IMG/VR virus record: IMGVR_UViG_3300043756_000033
Span: 1-42,653 of that record
Reading direction: 5' to 3' (one strand)
Length of the DNA: 42,653 nucleotides
From: a virus
Lineage: Duplodnaviria; Caudoviricetes
This document shows, one piece after another, positions 25,801 through 34,436 of this stretch. Each line of letters begins with the position of its first letter. The first letter of the stretch is position 1. Position numbers and translations under genes: made by a program. The notes below the pieces were generated by a model, which saw nothing but the letters and a program-made list of their open reading frames with translations, made no database searches and was not told where the DNA came from.

Positions 25801-26562
25801 TCACTTGACCTCCCGCGTCCTCTTGCGGCGACGGTCGAGCCCGTATTGCATCTGCCTGACCTTCACCGGCACGCCCGGCGGTGCGACGATCATGATCTGC
25901 ACCGCCTCCACGACGGGCGGCGGTGGCGGAGTGACGCCGCCGCTCGCCCATGTATCGATCAGTTCCTCCGGTCTGCCGTCGTAAGAACTGATATCGCAGG
26001 GACCGACGCCGGGCACGGTGTGTGGGGTCGGGCCGGACTGCCCATCGGTGAACTGCCACAGCCACGGCTTGGCCCAACTCTTCTGCCACGTCGGCGAGGT
26101 ATTGTACGATGCCAGCCACAGCCGCCGTTCGCCGAGGAAGGTGTCAAGATTATCACCTAACGCGTCCTTGGCGGTGTTGCCGCTGTAGAGCACGCATTCG
26201 CCCGGGCGGCCCAGTTCAGTCTCCACCGCGCTGATCCACTGGTGAACGTTCGCGAGCGACATGGTGTCGCTGCCGTTGTCCTCCCAGTCGAGGCAGAACA
26301 GTTCGTCGGGGTCAGGCGAGGCGAAGGCCATGAAGTTATCCACCTGCGCCGTGACGTCGCTGCCATCGGCGAAATGGTAGGCGCCCCAGCTAAGCCCGGC
26401 CGCCTTGGCCGCCTGCTGTTGCGCGACATAGGTCGGGTCCGTGTAGCTTGAGCCCTGCGTAGCCTTGTAGATGCAGCCGACGAAACCTTCGTTGTAGACT
26501 TCATCGTAATTCGACGCCGGGTCCCAGTGCGATAGATCGATGACCTGCGGATGGATATCCAT
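25801..26562 (-). CDS. GH25 lysozyme (muramidase)
   Basis: IDLSHWD, YKATQG, GAYHF, LDWED, LWLASY, WLWQFTD motifs. Confidence 0.92.
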   Translation of the reverse strand: MDIHPQVIDLSHWDPASNYDEVYNEGFVGCIYKATQGSSYTDPTYVAQQQAAKAAGLSWGAYHFADGSDVTAQVDNFMAFASPDPDELFCLDWEDNGSDTMSLANVHQWISAVETELGRPGECVLYSGNTAKDALGDNLDTFLGERRLWLASYNTSPTWQKSWAKPWLWQFTDGQSGPTPHTVPGVGPCDISSYDGRPEELIDTWASGGVTPPPPPVVEAVQIMIVAPPGVPVKVRQMQYGLDRRRKRTREVK

Positions 26563-26590
26563 GTTATTTCCCCAAGGCTGAAACGATGTG

Positions 26591-26926
26591 TCAAGTCTTT
26601 CGCTTGTCGCCTAGCCCGATGGCATCGCGTACTTCCTTCGATATGCTGTTCAGCACCTCCTGCCCGGCCGGGCTGGCGGCCCACTCGTCGCTCTCCTCCG
26701 TCGTCGCATCGAACTCGCCCTCCGCGACGCGCTTGGCGAATGCCTTCAGGCCCGCTTTCGTCAACTCCATGTGCAACTGCGTGATGGGGCAGTCGTAGGT
26801 GTCGGCATAGTCATCGAACTCGCCTGTTGCCGCGCGCTTGGCGAACGCCTCATACACGTCGGCCTTACCGTGCTCATGCCCGGCCTTACGCAACTCTGCG
26901 GCAAGTCTATCTCTTGTCCGTTCCAT
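26591..26926 (-). CDS. Hypothetical protein with internal repeat
   Basis: AFAKRAATGEFD / AFAKRVAEGEFD; GAGGAG SD; TGATG overlap. Confidence 0.65.
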   Translation of the reverse strand: MERTRDRLAAELRKAGHEHGKADVYEAFAKRAATGEFDDYADTYDCPITQLHMELTKAGLKAFAKRVAEGEFDATTEESDEWAASPAGQEVLNSISKEVRDAIGLGDKRKT

Positions 26927-27618
26927 CACGCACTCCTCATTGTCGCACCGTAGGGGTTCTGGATCATTTGCGGGCACACCACGCTTGCGCACATGGGCAT
27001 CTCGGTATTGAAGAGCACGGCCATCGCCTGCGCGTCCTGCGCCCGCTGCTGCTGCAACAGGCAGAGCGTTGCCGCCCAGTACGCGACGGCATCGCTCCAC
27101 GGATAGGGTATCGGGTCCGGGTCGTTGTCGGTCAGAAGCGGCAGCGGAATGCAGGTGCAATCGACGTCCATTTCCATGTCGCTGGTCGGGATGGGCGCGA
27201 GGTACATGCGGCCCAGCGGCCCCGCGCCATACTGCGCCCACCAGCCCGGGTCGCTGATGGTGCCCATGAAGGTGCCGTTGTAGATGCGGAAGCGCGCCTG
27301 AAAGTCGGTCCAGACGACACGTCGCCACGTCGGTTTCCAGCCGCCCTTGCCGATGGCGATGGCGAGCGAGCGAACGTGCAGCACCTCCTGCACGCCGGGC
27401 ATCTGCTCCTGCACCAAGGCGGTCCAGTCGCTGAACGGATAGACTTCCAGTCCTTTAACGGTTCTTGTGCCTCTTGGCAGGACGCGGAGACACGCGCTTA
27501 CCGCCGCGATGCGTCGGCGGCTCCGGTTGATGTAGTTCGTCAGCGTCGGCTTGCTGAAGAACTGCCCCTGACTGTCGTTGAGGAAGTTCTGCGTCTCCGT
27601 GATGTAGCGTTCCAGCAT
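26926..27618 (-). CDS. Head-tail adaptor protein
   Basis: TQNFLND...LTNYINRSRRRIA...YLAPIP...IPYPWSDAVAYWAA is the adaptor pattern; position after the capsid gene. Confidence 0.7.
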   Translation of the reverse strand: MLERYITETQNFLNDSQGQFFSKPTLTNYINRSRRRIAAVSACLRVLPRGTRTVKGLEVYPFSDWTALVQEQMPGVQEVLHVRSLAIAIGKGGWKPTWRRVVWTDFQARFRIYNGTFMGTISDPGWWAQYGAGPLGRMYLAPIPTSDMEMDVDCTCIPLPLLTDNDPDPIPYPWSDAVAYWAATLCLLQQQRAQDAQAMAVLFNTEMPMCASVVCPQMIQNPYGATMRSA

Positions 27619-28204
27619 GGCGGGCCTCCTGCGCAGCATCATACGCCTCTTGGCACACCTGCGCCGCTACCGTCTCGTCGGCTCCCTGTTCCTCAACGAA
27701 GGCGATGCACCGCGCCATGAAGTCGCCTTCGCTCTCGCCGTCCTCAAGGTCCGGCACGTCCCATTCCGGCGGCGTGACTTCCTGCGGCCCGGCTCCCGGA
27801 CCCCAGCCACCGATAGCGATGTTCTGGGTGGTCGCGATGATCGGCGGCACCATCGAGCCGATCATCATCGTATTCGCCATGGTGACCGGCGGGTGCGGCC
27901 AGACGGTGGTCCACTCGTACATGTCGGCAGGAAGCGGGACACTCGCACTACCAGTCTCGAACACCGGCTGACTGGGCGCGTCAATCGAGGGCGGAACGGT
28001 CGCAGGATTGACGACGCCGGGTGGATCAATAACCACGCTTCCCATCGTGGGCGGTGGAAAGAACGGCGTGAAGGTAGGTAAATAACTTGACGCAGGCGGC
28101 GACGTTGCGCTGCCGGTCTTGAAAACCGGCTGCACGATGCCGGGCGCACTGGGTGGGGCATTGGCCGGGATCACCTGCGGTACGAGGAGCGGGGTCTGGG
28201 CCAT
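27455..28204 (-). CDS. Pro-rich hypothetical (capsid-associated?) protein
   Basis: Internal repeat QPVFKTGSA/QPVFETGSA; GESEGDFMARC motif; 3' end overlaps the adaptor gene. Confidence 0.6.
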   Translation of the reverse strand: MAQTPLLVPQVIPANAPPSAPGIVQPVFKTGSATSPPASSYLPTFTPFFPPPTMGSVVIDPPGVVNPATVPPSIDAPSQPVFETGSASVPLPADMYEWTTVWPHPPVTMANTMMIGSMVPPIIATTQNIAIGGWGPGAGPQEVTPPEWDVPDLEDGESEGDFMARCIAFVEEQGADETVAAQVCQEAYDAAQEARHAGTLHHGDAELPQRQSGAVLQQADADELHQPEPPTHRGGKRVSPRPAKRHKNR

Positions 28205-28500
28205 CAGCACCCCCTGTTGCCGGTCGGCCAGTAGAGCGGCTTGCAGGGCGGCAGGGCGGGCGGCGGTCTACAGGACGGTGTGATCAGGCCGCTTCCTCTG
28301 GCCCGCGTCTCGCTCTCGAACGCCCATGGATGGCGCGGCCACGGCCATGTCGGGCTGGCCTGTCGCGCATAGGCCGGATCAAGCAGGTGTGACTGCGGGA
28401 TGACGTAGCGCGGATAGGGCGCGGGACAGGCGACGCACCACTGCGGGCGCGGTCGCCATGGCTGGGCGGGCGAAACGTACATTGCGGGCATGCCGCGCAT
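28204..28500 (-). CDS. Pro/Trp/Cys-rich hypothetical protein
   Basis: AGGAGG SD; immediately after the capsid gene. Confidence 0.6.
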   Translation of the reverse strand: MRGMPAMYVSPAQPWRPRPQWCVACPAPYPRYVIPQSHLLDPAYARQASPTWPWPRHPWAFESETRARGSGLITPSCRPPPALPPCKPLYWPTGNRGC

Positions 28501-28512
28501 GCGAACCTCCTG

Positions 28513-29544
28513 CTACGGAGGCGGCGGACCACCCGGGAACCCGGTTGCGCCGCCCGTGATGCCATCAATGATAACGCCGGTCGAGGGCTTGGAGCAAACG
28601 AGGTTGAGCGCCGTCAGGGTCAGTCCGACCGACGCGATCTGGCCTTGCGGGATGGTAGAATACCAGCCAGTCCAAGCGAAATTAGCGTCCTCATGGATAA
28701 CCATCGTAATGTACTTCGAATTGAAGCCGAAAGCTGTTCCGACTGGACAGTTGAGGTCGAAGAAAATCGGCGTATCGCCAAGCAATAAACCTCGAAAACC
28801 TGAGTTAACGGGGTCATCCTTGCCCCACCGAGACGACGGGTCATTGTTGTAACGCTCCACGGTCATGAAGTCGGTGAGGAGCGTGGTCCAGTCCTCAACC
28901 GACATGACCACGAAGTCGAGTGCTTCGCCGCCGCTGTTCTTAACAGCCTTGAGTAACGTCGGGATGAACGCGGCGCGCGTCAGGACGTTCCCTGCGCCGC
29001 CGATGTGAAGTCCTTCCCATGTCGGGTACGTCGCGCGGTCGAGGCCGCCGTAGACGCCCGTGTCGCCGTAGGCGTCGTGAAGTGAAAACATTTGCAGCGG
29101 GTTCGTGATCTGCGGGCCGAACAGTGCGCCCGAAAGGGACGCGAGCGCACTGTTCTTCATGTCGTTCAGCTTGAGCATCAGGCGCGAGGCAACGGCTATC
29201 GCGTCCTGCGTGACAAGTTGCTCTAGGCCAAGCGACGTGACCGGCGTGGCCAACGCGCACATATTGAACTCTGCATTCAGCGTTGCCGCCACGTCAGCAG
29301 GCAGGTTGAACTGCCCGGCTGGTCCGATCCACGATGACTGGACGTACTGGCCAGTCTGGACCGGCTGGGTATAGGGGCTGACGCCGCCAGAGGCGCGGAT
29401 GGCATTTCTGAGGAGCAAGGCCAGCAGCGGGTTCTGCCTGTAAAGCAAAACAACGACCATCTGTGCGAACACACGTCGCACGGTTGCTTCCAACTCAAGG
29501 CCGATTGGTCCCGAGGGGATGATGCCTGCGCCAAGGATGGGCAT
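28513..29544 (-). CDS. Major capsid protein
   Basis: 343 aa; YGGLDRATYPTW motif; position after the scaffold; GGAG SD. Confidence 0.8.
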   Translation of the reverse strand: MPILGAGIIPSGPIGLELEATVRRVFAQMVVVLLYRQNPLLALLLRNAIRASGGVSPYTQPVQTGQYVQSSWIGPAGQFNLPADVAATLNAEFNMCALATPVTSLGLEQLVTQDAIAVASRLMLKLNDMKNSALASLSGALFGPQITNPLQMFSLHDAYGDTGVYGGLDRATYPTWEGLHIGGAGNVLTRAAFIPTLLKAVKNSGGEALDFVVMSVEDWTTLLTDFMTVERYNNDPSSRWGKDDPVNSGFRGLLLGDTPIFFDLNCPVGTAFGFNSKYITMVIHEDANFAWTGWYSTIPQGQIASVGLTLTALNLVCSKPSTGVIIDGITGGATGFPGGPPPP

Positions 29545-29547
29545 ATG

Positions 29548-30093
29548 TTAACTCCCGTTGCGTGCGCGCTCCTGATCCGCGCGGATCGCGGTCATGATTT
29601 CGTTTCTTCCCCACGCTTCCGGGTCCTTGGCGATTTCCTTGAAGGTGTCGTTGCGCTCATGGTGCCAGCGGGTGCTGTCCCAGTCGCTGCCTGCTGATGG
29701 CTTCGGTTCTTTGCTCGCCATGTATTCAGCGGCAACCTCGTAGTCGCCGATGTTACGTTCTACCATCATGGTCTCAAGTCGCTTCATCGCGTCGTCGGTG
29801 AAGCCGTAACGTTTTTGCGTTGACGACCGGCGTTCTTGGAAAGCCTTGTCGTCGCGCGCCTTGCGCTCCGCCGCTTCCCTGTCCTCACGGTCTTTCTTGT
29901 CCTTGGCGAACCGCGCTTCGACCCGGTTCTCGATATCGTAGTCCGGGATTTGCAGGTTCGGATATTTCTTCTTGATCAAGGCTTTCGCTTCACGCGTCAA
30001 CGCCGGGTCGTTGTAGATGCTCTCCACGAAGTCCGCGACCTGCATGCGGCCTCTGATGAACTGCTCTTCGGCGTCTGTAATCGTGCGCGGCAT
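29548..30093 (-). CDS. Scaffolding protein (putative)
   Basis: Charged helical protein immediately upstream of the capsid gene; GGAG SD before ATG 30093. Confidence 0.6.
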   Translation of the reverse strand: MPRTITDAEEQFIRGRMQVADFVESIYNDPALTREAKALIKKKYPNLQIPDYDIENRVEARFAKDKKDREDREAAERKARDDKAFQERRSSTQKRYGFTDDAMKRLETMMVERNIGDYEVAAEYMASKEPKPSAGSDWDSTRWHHERNDTFKEIAKDPEAWGRNEIMTAIRADQERARNGS

Positions 30094-30118
30094 GTCTTTC
30101 TCCAAAGTCAAACCAGAC

Positions 30119-30139
30119 TGTCAAGTTATTCGCTTGTCA
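30119..30139. promoter_or_regulatory. Palindromic site TGTCAAG-ttattcg-CTTGTCA
   Basis: Full consensus copy directly upstream of the scaffold and capsid genes. Confidence 0.6.
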
Positions 30140-30322
30140 GTTGGAATTGCCCTTGCCGATGATGCTGGGCTGTAGCGGCACGCCGCCATCAGGCTTCGGC
30201 ACCACGCGCGGGATCGCGCCCCACTCCGACGTCTCGCTCTGGGTGTCCACCTGCAAGATCGTGCGCGGCGGTGTTTCCGGCGGTGCGGTGATGGGCGGGT
30301 CGTAGCTGCGGTTCTGTGCCAT
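30137..30322 (-). CDS. Hypothetical protein
   Basis: 61 aa, GGAG SD, in the head operon. Confidence 0.65.
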   Translation of the reverse strand: MAQNRSYDPPITAPPETPPRTILQVDTQSETSEWGAIPRVVPKPDGGVPLQPSIIGKGNSN

Positions 30323-30325
30323 GGG

Positions 30326-30808
30326 TCATGCTCCCGGCAACGGGGTGGATGGTACGGGCGGCTGCGGCTGATCCTGCGGACTGCCACCACCGCCGCGTTG
30401 CGACATGAGTTTCTGCATCAGGGCGTTGCGCACGGTCGAGCGCAGCAGGTCTTGCAATTGTGTCTGCTGCACGCCAGCGGTCGGTGCGCCTTGCGGCAGG
30501 TGGCGTGACAGGCGACTGATCGCGCTGATGACGTCCTTGTGCTGATTGCTGCCGCTCGCGAGGTTGGGCAGCGCGCTTTGCAGCATGTCCACGGCGGTTT
30601 TTACCTGCATCAGCCCCTGCGCCATGTTGCCCATGCCGGGCGCACTGACAGGCGGGGCCTGCTGGCGTCGCGCGAGGGCTGCGAGCATCGGCCCGCCACC
30701 GGGTGGGGCACCTGCGCCCTGATTTGGGCTGGGGGGCGACGAACCGGGTGCGCCAGCGCCTTGATCCGGCGGCGGTTGGGTTGAGGGGTCAACGTCGATA
30801 TCGGACAT
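30326..30808 (-). CDS. Hypothetical head-assembly protein
   Basis: P/Q/G-rich protein between portal and scaffold; GAGG SD. Confidence 0.65.
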   Translation of the reverse strand: MSDIDVDPSTQPPPDQGAGAPGSSPPSPNQGAGAPPGGGPMLAALARRQQAPPVSAPGMGNMAQGLMQVKTAVDMLQSALPNLASGSNQHKDVISAISRLSRHLPQGAPTAGVQQTQLQDLLRSTVRNALMQKLMSQRGGGGSPQDQPQPPVPSTPLPGA

Positions 30809-30843
30809 GCTCGCCTCAAATTTCGGCAGAACCTACACCCGGT

Positions 30844-32580
30844 TTACTTGCCACGTCCACCCCCTCCCCCCTGCTTGCGGTGCATCTGGCCCCGGTCGGG
30901 GAGGTGCAGGACGTCGCGAAGCAGGCCCTCCTGCTTCTCCTGTTGCGCGGCCTGCGCCTGCGCTTTCTGGCGCTGCCGCAGCCGTGCCAAGAGCAATTCC
31001 GCACCCGGCGGATGCAGCATGTGGATCAGGTCCTCGCTGTCCACCGCGCCCGCCCGGGCCAGCGCAATGGCAAGCTGCCGGTTGTCCTCCGCGAAGGCCG
31101 GGCTCGCCGAATGGCTATCGACCTGCACTTGGAACGGTTCGGGCAGGTCCTCCAGCGTGAACTCCGTGCCCTTGTCCGTGGTATAGATCGAGGGGTCCAT
31201 GGCCTGCATCAGCCGCAATGAGAGGAAGCCGCTTTGAGCCAGTTGCCGTTCGATACGGGCCGCTTGGTCAATCAGGTTCGGCGACGACGTTCGCACAAGC
31301 GTCTGCGCATGCACCCCCGCACGAACCCCCGGTTCGCCCTGTCCGCTCATGACAGGCGAAAAACCAGACGCCTCATCGAAGAGTTTAAAAAGGAACGACA
31401 ACTCCTCAAGATAATGCTCTGGCGGCGGCTCAACCAGCTTCGACGCCTTGGCATTGGGATTGGGGTCGTTGAGAAAGCCGCCCTCGTTGATGATCTTGAA
31501 ATACTCTTCCTCAGTGACCGAAGTGAACCCTGAGAACACCTGCGGCGCGTTGACGTTGCGGTCCCACATGACCTTGAGGTCGCGCAGCCGCTTGTTGAGC
31601 ACGTCCTGCAACATCTGCACGTCGGCGATGACGGAGCGGCCCCAGAAGTAGCCCGGCGTCGGGATGCTCTGCACCTTCACGAACGGGTGGTGTCCCGGGA
31701 TTTTGCCGATGTTGCGCCGTGTGTCGTCGCCTTCGATGATGATCGGCTCCGCGCCGTAGATCGCCTGAATGCAGGTATAATCACCGTCACGGTCGCGGTC
31801 CTTGAGCCAGACTTCGCAGTGCTTGACCGTAGGGGCCAGCTTGCGTTGCGGTCGCCATGGGGTAGGTACGGGGAAAACGTTGACGACGCCAGCGGCTGTC
31901 GGGTTTGCACCCACGTCACCGAGGGGCTGTAGTCCGCCGACGACCATCTGGTGAAAGTAGGTCGGCTCCTCCTCATCGCGCTCCGTCCTCCTCGCCTCCA
32001 GTATCTTGGCCATGATTTCCTTTTTGCGCGGGTGGTTCATTTCGTCCAGCTTGGAGCGCACCTTGCTGACGGTCGGGTAGCTGACGTGAACGAACGCCTC
32101 CTGCTCATCGATGTCGAGCGTCGTTTCCGAGAGCACGCCGATGTTCTGCGGATGCACGTTGTGCAGCTTGAAGCCCAAGTCATACGGGATGTGCTTGAGG
32201 AAGTATGTCCCGTTGACCAGCGACCACACCACGGCCTCGCTGAACGCGATATCGCTGTCGCTCTGGCGATAGTCGGCGGATAGCTTCTCGCCGATCAACT
32301 GCGCGCGGGTCAGCAGGCTCTCGTCGCTCTCGCCGCTGTCGAACAGGATTTGGAAGCGAACGTCGGTCGGCTGCATCAGGAAGCCCGCGAGCCGCTTGAT
32401 GAACGGCCCGGTCTTGTTGTAGATCGCTGCCGCCGCCGAACTGGTCCCCATGTAGAAATACTGCGCGGCACGGGTATAGACCATGCCGCGCTCTTCGCTT
32501 GACGCCATGCACTCGTCAATGATTTCCTTGACCCACATGGTGAAAGGAAGTTCGTCGCTGTCTTTCGGGATCAGGAGCAT
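30844..32580 (-). CDS. Portal protein
   Basis: 578 aa; HHPFVKV...PGYFWGRS...QDVLNKRL...SGFSPVMSGQGEPGVRAG; Q-rich C-terminal barrel helix. Confidence 0.85.
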   Translation of the reverse strand: MLLIPKDSDELPFTMWVKEIIDECMASSEERGMVYTRAAQYFYMGTSSAAAAIYNKTGPFIKRLAGFLMQPTDVRFQILFDSGESDESLLTRAQLIGEKLSADYRQSDSDIAFSEAVVWSLVNGTYFLKHIPYDLGFKLHNVHPQNIGVLSETTLDIDEQEAFVHVSYPTVSKVRSKLDEMNHPRKKEIMAKILEARRTERDEEEPTYFHQMVVGGLQPLGDVGANPTAAGVVNVFPVPTPWRPQRKLAPTVKHCEVWLKDRDRDGDYTCIQAIYGAEPIIIEGDDTRRNIGKIPGHHPFVKVQSIPTPGYFWGRSVIADVQMLQDVLNKRLRDLKVMWDRNVNAPQVFSGFTSVTEEEYFKIINEGGFLNDPNPNAKASKLVEPPPEHYLEELSFLFKLFDEASGFSPVMSGQGEPGVRAGVHAQTLVRTSSPNLIDQAARIERQLAQSGFLSLRLMQAMDPSIYTTDKGTEFTLEDLPEPFQVQVDSHSASPAFAEDNRQLAIALARAGAVDSEDLIHMLHPPGAELLLARLRQRQKAQAQAAQQEKQEGLLRDVLHLPDRGQMHRKQGGGGGRGK

Positions 32581-32761
32581 CGTCTACCCGCCAAATCCAT
32601 CTGCCGAGGTTGTGGCGGTACGTCCCGGTGAGCACGGTTTGCTCGCCCGCGATCTCGAACCGCGAGTAGGGCATGGTGTAGCTCCGCTCCGTGTGCGTCG
32701 CCCAGTGCATATCGAGTGGTCCGCCACAACAAAATCCTTCATACAGTGTTTCGCTTGTCAC
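32516..32761 (-). CDS. Small GGPxD-motif protein (paralog B)
   Basis: GTG start with GGAG SD; YEGFCCGGPLD...TGTYRHNLGRWIWR. Confidence 0.6.
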   Translation of the reverse strand: MTSETLYEGFCCGGPLDMHWATHTERSYTMPYSRFEIAGEQTVLTGTYRHNLGRWIWRVDDAPDPERQRRTSFHHVGQGNH

Positions 32762-32978
32762 TTGGTCCTCTCCATATCCACTGTCCGAGTACGAAGTTAT
32801 ACACGCCGGTCTTGAATGTCGGCGTTGATGGCGGCAGGCTGTCTTTGTAGTCACTGAAAACACTTGACGGCTTGTCGTTGATTGCGACGTAGAAGCTTTT
32901 GCGGTGGCAGACGTACTCGTAGCCGTCGTGGGGTCCGCCACGGCACGTTCCAGCGTAGTTGCCGGGGTATTTCTTCAC
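32739..32978 (-). CDS. Small GGPxD-motif protein (paralog A)
   Basis: GTGA overlap; YAGTCRGGPHDG...TGVYNFVLGQWIWR. Confidence 0.6.
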   Translation of the reverse strand: MKKYPGNYAGTCRGGPHDGYEYVCHRKSFYVAINDKPSSVFSDYKDSLPPSTPTFKTGVYNFVLGQWIWRGPSDKRNTV

Positions 32979-33433
32979 CACACCTTCACCGATCTTTGCT
33001 TCGAGATTTCGATCAGGTCTTTCTGCGCCCCGCTCTTCAGGTTGGCCTGAAGCACGTCGAGGCCGCTGCCGTGCTTGAGCCGCATCTGCCGTCCCGCTGC
33101 GATAGCCCCTTCCAGTGCGCCCTGCGCCATCTGCCAATGGCTTTCCGGATAAGCGGCCACCTGATCCTTGTAACGGATTTTCCTTGTCTCTCCCGGCCGT
33201 GCCCGGTTCATGTCGGCGACGTTGTAGTCGTTCTGGATGATATCCTCCGCCAAGTCCCCGGCCCGGGCGATCTTGCTGCCGGTGATGGCGACCGGCTTGA
33301 ACTCCTGTCGCATCGCGGCGCGTCGGGCGCACGCGGGACATTCCGGCGGCGGGTCGTCCACCTGCTCCATCGTCAGCACCACGTCCATCTGGTGCATGCA
33401 GTCGGGGCAGGCGTATGTGCGGATGATCGGCAT
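32975..33433 (-). CDS. FmdB-like zinc-ribbon protein
   Basis: MPIIRTYACPDC...CPAC. Confidence 0.7.
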   Translation of the reverse strand: MPIIRTYACPDCMHQMDVVLTMEQVDDPPPECPACARRAAMRQEFKPVAITGSKIARAGDLAEDIIQNDYNVADMNRARPGETRKIRYKDQVAAYPESHWQMAQGALEGAIAAGRQMRLKHGSGLDVLQANLKSGAQKDLIEISKQRSVKVW

Positions 33434-33759
33434 CAGTGCTGCGTCAACTGGTAAACGTGACCGGCTTCCGGCGCGATGGCGGTGCCATCGCTGTGGACCA
33501 GTTCGACGGTGGTCCCGCCCGTGCCGACGAATATCCAGTCCCCGGCGGGGATGTCCTCAGATGCCGTGACGGCGACCGCAGCGCCCAGCGTGAGGGCTCC
33601 GGTGTCGCCCTTCTGGCCGATCTGCACCAGCGTTCCGCCGGGGCCGACGCGCCAGATAGCGCCGTTCTTGTCGAGGCTGATGCCCATCGTCGTCATGGGT
33701 GGCGGCGGGTCGGGCGGAATGACCGGGGTTACGACAAGGGCCATGGCTGTCTCCCTCAT
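33433..33759 (-). CDS. Hypothetical protein
   Basis: 108-aa ORF coupled to the next gene; start uncertain. Confidence 0.55.
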   Translation of the reverse strand: MRETAMALVVTPVIPPDPPPPMTTMGISLDKNGAIWRVGPGGTLVQIGQKGDTGALTLGAAVAVTASEDIPAGDWIFVGTGGTTVELVHSDGTAIAPEAGHVYQLTQH

Positions 33760-33780
33760 TGCGGGGGAGACATACCACGA

Positions 33781-34059
33781 TCATTGCATCTGGCCAAGCT
33801 TGCAGGGAACTTTCAGTTCGCGCACGTCGTCCGGCCGCCCCGCCACGGTGAGGCTGACCCGGATGTGGCACTCCTCGCATTCGAGGACGTAAGCGCCGCA
33901 GCGTGGGGCCGGGTAGGGCAGGCTGGCGATGCAGGAGCACTGCTTGCCGTCCGTGCAGTCAATCATCATGCCGTTCGGATAGTTCGGGTCCGGCTGGCAT
34001 TGCGGCTCCCGTCCGCTGTCGAGAAAAGTAATCCTGAATTTTGGCTTCTCGCTCGTCAT
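33781..34059 (-). CDS. Cys-rich hypothetical protein
   Basis: MTSEKPKF...LPYPAPRCG...CEEC...AGRPDD; AGGTG SD. Confidence 0.6.
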   Translation of the reverse strand: MTSEKPKFRITFLDSGREPQCQPDPNYPNGMMIDCTDGKQCSCIASLPYPAPRCGAYVLECEECHIRVSLTVAGRPDDVRELKVPCKLGQMQ

Positions 34060-34435
34060 GTGTTTCACCTGTCTTGGGTCCGACGCGCCAGCTTTCCGGC
34101 GTCTTGATCTGGCCAAGTACCGGCTTCCATAGATGCAGGCAGTTGGCGTGGCAGTTGACATACTCGCTCTTCGGCGGGTGGAATTGTATCACGGTCTCCT
34201 CTTCGTCCCAGAACAAGTTTTTCACATAACACATTTCGTCCCAGTTCGGCAGCCGGTGCATCACCGACACGCTGACGTGCTCCCAACTCTCGTCGTAGCT
34301 GGCGATGATGTGCAGCCGCCCGCCGCGTGGTCCGAAGATATCGAACGCGCCGCACGGGCCGTAGCTGTCCGGCGTGGCGTACGCGCCATGCCTGATGCGC
34401 CCGTCCGTCAGTTTGCTTGGTAAGGTTTTTCGCAT
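33959..34435 (-). CDS. DUF7694-like phage protein
   Basis: WEHVSVS...PNWDEMCYVKNLFWDEEETVIQFHPPKSEYVNCHANCLHLW. Confidence 0.75.
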   Translation of the reverse strand: MRKTLPSKLTDGRIRHGAYATPDSYGPCGAFDIFGPRGGRLHIIASYDESWEHVSVSVMHRLPNWDEMCYVKNLFWDEEETVIQFHPPKSEYVNCHANCLHLWKPVLGQIKTPESWRVGPKTGETHDEREAKIQDYFSRQRTGAAMPAGPELSERHDD

Positions 34436-34436
34436 G

